From an uncultured Pelagibacteraceae bacterium (GTDB lineage: Bacteria > Pseudomonadota > Alphaproteobacteria > Pelagibacterales > Pelagibacteraceae), in the NCBI GenBank assembly GCA_902612575.1, contig CACMDZ010000001.1:7775-71774 (forward strand): DNA of 64,000 bases. Direction: 5' to 3'. The notes below the pieces were generated by a model. The model was not told where the DNA came from and did no database searches. It saw only the letters and a program-made list of their open reading frames with translations. Below, piece by piece: positions 61,554 to 64,000 of the stretch (the first letter of the stretch is position 1; the number at the start of each line of letters is the position of its first letter). The translations under genes and the position numbers were made by a program.

Positions 61554-61578
61554 TGGGATATTATGGGATATTATGGGT
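61554..61578. promoter_or_regulatory. MraZ operator: three TGGGN direct repeats with 10-bp period
   Basis: Plus strand TGGGA-TATTA-TGGGA-TATTA-TGGGT, overlapping the -10 of a putative TTGACG-N17-TAATAT promoter (minus strand, 61596-61568). Confidence 0.82.
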
Positions 61579-61704
61579 TTTAAATATAATCGTCAATACT
61601 TAATATTATAAATAAATATTCTTGATTTGTTCCAAATTTATAATGTTAAGAAATAAAAAAATGATTTAACTTACAAATGTATAAGAATTATAAAGAAATA
61701 ATTT

Positions 61705-62064
61705 TTGCCAGATAAAATATAAGCCGGGTTCTGTCTTTTAAACTTATCATTTCTCTAGACCTTAAATCACTTTAAGGCTCAAGCGACTAACCCAGATGAC
61801 TAGCCAAAGACTGCTTTTTGTTATTTCTAACTTTGTCATCTCTACTCAGTCTTGCTCCCAGTGGGGTTTTCCATGCGCTAGTTGTTACCAACTTAGCCGG
61901 TGTGCTCTTACCACACCTTTTCACCCTTGCCTTGATAAGGCGGTTTATTTTCTGTGGCACTATCCCTAGGGTCGCCCCTGCCAGCCATTAACTGGCACTG
62001 TGTCTTTGTAGAGCCCGGACTTTCCTCTTTAGTTAACTAAAGCGATAAGTCTTTTATCTGGCAA
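61705..62064 (-). ncRNA. rnpB: RNase P RNA, type A
   Basis: Minus strand GAGGAAAGTCCGGGCTC near the 5' end and ACAGAACCCGGCTTAT near the 3' end; terminal TTGCCAGATAAAA/TTTTATCTGGCAA P1 helix; GC-rich island; usual position upstream of mraZ. Confidence 0.96.
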
Positions 62065-62103
62065 TCGAACAATATAAATTTTTAAATAAATTTCAATTAT
62101 TAT

Positions 62104-62850
62104 TTATTTAAGATTATTGAGGGATTTTGCAATATTATAACATTCTAAATCTAATATTCCATCAACTAGCTCTGGCCTAAACCTCATTTGAAAAGTTTTA
62201 ATAATTTTTTTAAATTCAAACTTATCGGAATATTTAACATTATATCCAATTTGTTTTAAACAATTATTAAAATCATTTAATTTAAATTTTATAATTTTTC
62301 CTCTAAATTCTTTAAGCTTTTTTAAATTTATTTTATGCCAAACTCCAATATTATATTTATGCAAAACTCTCCAAGGAAATTTTTCGCCGGGATCTTTTTT
62401 TCTCAATGGTGCTATATCGGAATGTCCTAGAATATTTTTTTTGTTAATTTTATATTTTTTTATCAAAATTTTTGAAATTCTAATTAAACTTTCAATTTGC
62501 TTTTTATTGAATTTTTTATAGCCATGTTCATGACCAGGATTTGAGATTTCAATTCCTATAGAATTTTTATTTAAAAAATTAGTACTTCTCCATTTTGATT
62601 TTCCTGCATGCCAAGCAACATACAAATCTGGAACCATATTAATAAGTTTTCCAGTTGAAGTAATATAATAATGACAACTTACATTAGAATTAATGTTGGT
62701 TAATTTTTCAATAGCTAATTTGTCTCTTTTCATCCCAGTATAATGATAAATTAAAAACTTTATTTTTTTCTTATCTCTTTTTTTAAGGTCAAAATTAGGA
62801 GAATAATTCCTAGTCATTTTTTCAACATTTTTCTGCATTATTTTCAACAT
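62104..62850 (-). CDS. N-acetylmuramoyl-L-alanine amidase (Amidase_2, AmpD/AmiD-like)
   Basis: SPNF, HYT, SCHY, AWHAG.S.W, NSIGIE, GHSDIAP.RK.DPG, FQ.RFRP. Confidence 0.92.
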   Translation of the reverse strand: MLKIMQKNVEKMTRNYSPNFDLKKRDKKKIKFLIYHYTGMKRDKLAIEKLTNINSNVSCHYYITSTGKLINMVPDLYVAWHAGKSKWRSTNFLNKNSIGIEISNPGHEHGYKKFNKKQIESLIRISKILIKKYKINKKNILGHSDIAPLRKKDPGEKFPWRVLHKYNIGVWHKINLKKLKEFRGKIIKFKLNDFNNCLKQIGYNVKYSDKFEFKKIIKTFQMRFRPELVDGILDLECYNIAKSLNNLK

Positions 62851-62893
62851 TTAAATCTTTTAATATGTTGAAGATATATTATAAACAGCCTAA

Positions 62894-63697
62894 ATGAAAA
62901 AGATTTTAACAATATTTATAATTTTAATATTTTCTCAACTTTTGTCGCTAATGGCAGTTGCTGGATCTGATGGTACTTTGAAAATAAATAAACAGACAGA
63001 AAATCAAAATACCGAAATAAAAGATTGTTTTGAAACTGTAAACAGAGGTATTTTTGCGTTTAATCAAGGATTAGATAAAATTTTCTTTAAACCTGTAGCC
63101 AAAGGTTACAGATACTTGCCTAAACCAATAAGATCAGGAACAAGCAATGCATTAAATAATTTATCTAATGTTGTAACAATTCCAAATAATATTTTACAAG
63201 GTCAATTCAAGGAAGCTGGAATAAATACTTTAAGATTTTCAATCAACACGACATTAGGTATTGCAGGAATTTTTGATGTGGCCTCTTATTATGGTTTAAA
63301 TAAACTAGATAAAGAAGATTATGGTCAAACTCTTGGTAGTTGGGGTGTAAAAGAAGGATGTTATTTTGTACTTCCGGTTCTAGGACCAACGACAGTGAGA
63401 GATGCTGTGGGTTCTATGGTAAATTTTTCAGGAGGAGATGCTTGGTATAACGTAACAGTAGCAAACAATACACAATATTTTGAAAACTCTGATTATTATT
63501 ATTCTAGGTTAACAGCTGGAATTGATTTTAGGGCAAAAAATTTAGAAGCCTTTGATAGTCTTCAAAAAAATTCGTTAGATCTTTACGCATCAGTAAGAAG
63601 TCTTTATTTGCAAGATAGAAAAAGAAAAATTCAAAATCTTGATGAGACTACAGAAACAATGAACGATGATGATTGGGAAGAAATAGATACCCAATAA
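62894..63697 (+). CDS. mlaA: MlaA/VacJ family lipid asymmetry protein
   Basis: E..NR..F.FN..LD, RF.INTT.G..G.FD, EDYGQTLG.WG, LPVLGPTT.RD. Confidence 0.9.
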   Translation: MKKILTIFIILIFSQLLSLMAVAGSDGTLKINKQTENQNTEIKDCFETVNRGIFAFNQGLDKIFFKPVAKGYRYLPKPIRSGTSNALNNLSNVVTIPNNILQGQFKEAGINTLRFSINTTLGIAGIFDVASYYGLNKLDKEDYGQTLGSWGVKEGCYFVLPVLGPTTVRDAVGSMVNFSGGDAWYNVTVANNTQYFENSDYYYSRLTAGIDFRAKNLEAFDSLQKNSLDLYASVRSLYLQDRKRKIQNLDETTETMNDDDWEEIDTQ

Positions 63698-63703
63698 TTA
63701 TTA

Positions 63704-64000
63704 ATGATCAAAACTAAAATTTTTCTTATAGTTTTTTTTATTTTGATTTCTCTAAATAATCTATCAGCCAAAGAACCAAGTGAATTAATAAATGAAATAG
63801 TTGATGAAGCTTCGTTAATCCTATCAAGCTCAGATCCTGTTGAATCTAAAATAATAAAATTAAACAATATTGCAGAGATCAATGTAGATATTGACGGTAT
63901 AGGTATGTACACTTTAGGTAAATACCGTAAAAATCTTAATGAAGAGCAAAAAATAAAATATAAAAAACTTTTTAAAAGTTATTTTTTGAAAAGTTTTTCA
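63704..64000 (+). CDS. mlaC: MlaC/Ttg2D phospholipid-binding protein, 3' end outside window
   Basis: Hand-translated MIKTKIFLIVFFILISLNNLSAKEPSELINEIVDEA...VDIDGIGMYTLGKYRKNLNEEQKIKY..LF; follows mlaA. Confidence 0.75.
   Translation, partial: MIKTKIFLIVFFILISLNNLSAKEPSELINEIVDEASLILSSSDPVESKIIKLNNIAEINVDIDGIGMYTLGKYRKNLNEEQKIKYKKLFKSYFLKSFS

Noticed and set aside
61554-61578. Short tandem repeat considered as a CRISPR or VNTR
   Set aside because: A 10-bp period without unique spacers, better explained as the MraZ operator
61705-62064. GC-rich region with terminal inverted repeats considered as a MITE or novel ncRNA
   Set aside because: It carries the universal RNase P RNA motifs, and the inverted repeat is the P1 helix

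Overview
This is a very AT-rich, gene-dense chromosomal segment with minimal intergenic space, typical of a streamlined marine alphaproteobacterium of the SAR11/Pelagibacterales type (inferred from protein sequences, proteorhodopsin context and alphaproteobacterial LexA boxes). In order, it contains: a partial TRAP solute-binding gene, a TerC-family gene, panB-gloA-guaA-TPR-guaB-rlmE, pssA/psd, icd, a GT9 gene, alaS, recA, TolC, a P-loop kinase, two GFA proteins and umuDC. An accessory-looking seven-gene cluster follows (ArnT-like GT, a 41-aa membrane protein missing from the ORF track, GT2, DUF1800, Tat-exported DUF1501 and two polysaccharide-lyase-fold secreted proteins). Next come dksA, GST/FNR/ferredoxin, a blue-tuned proteorhodopsin, an acyl-CoA synthetase, pyrC, ygfZ, fumC, uvrD, pepP, ligA, bamD and lpxC. 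The window ends with a complete but rearranged dcw cluster (ftsZ between mraZ and rsmH, murE-murF fused), RNase P RNA, an amidase and mlaA/mlaC. I saw no tRNA, rRNA, CRISPR array or transposase. All calls come from motif recognition by eye, and no database searches were run.
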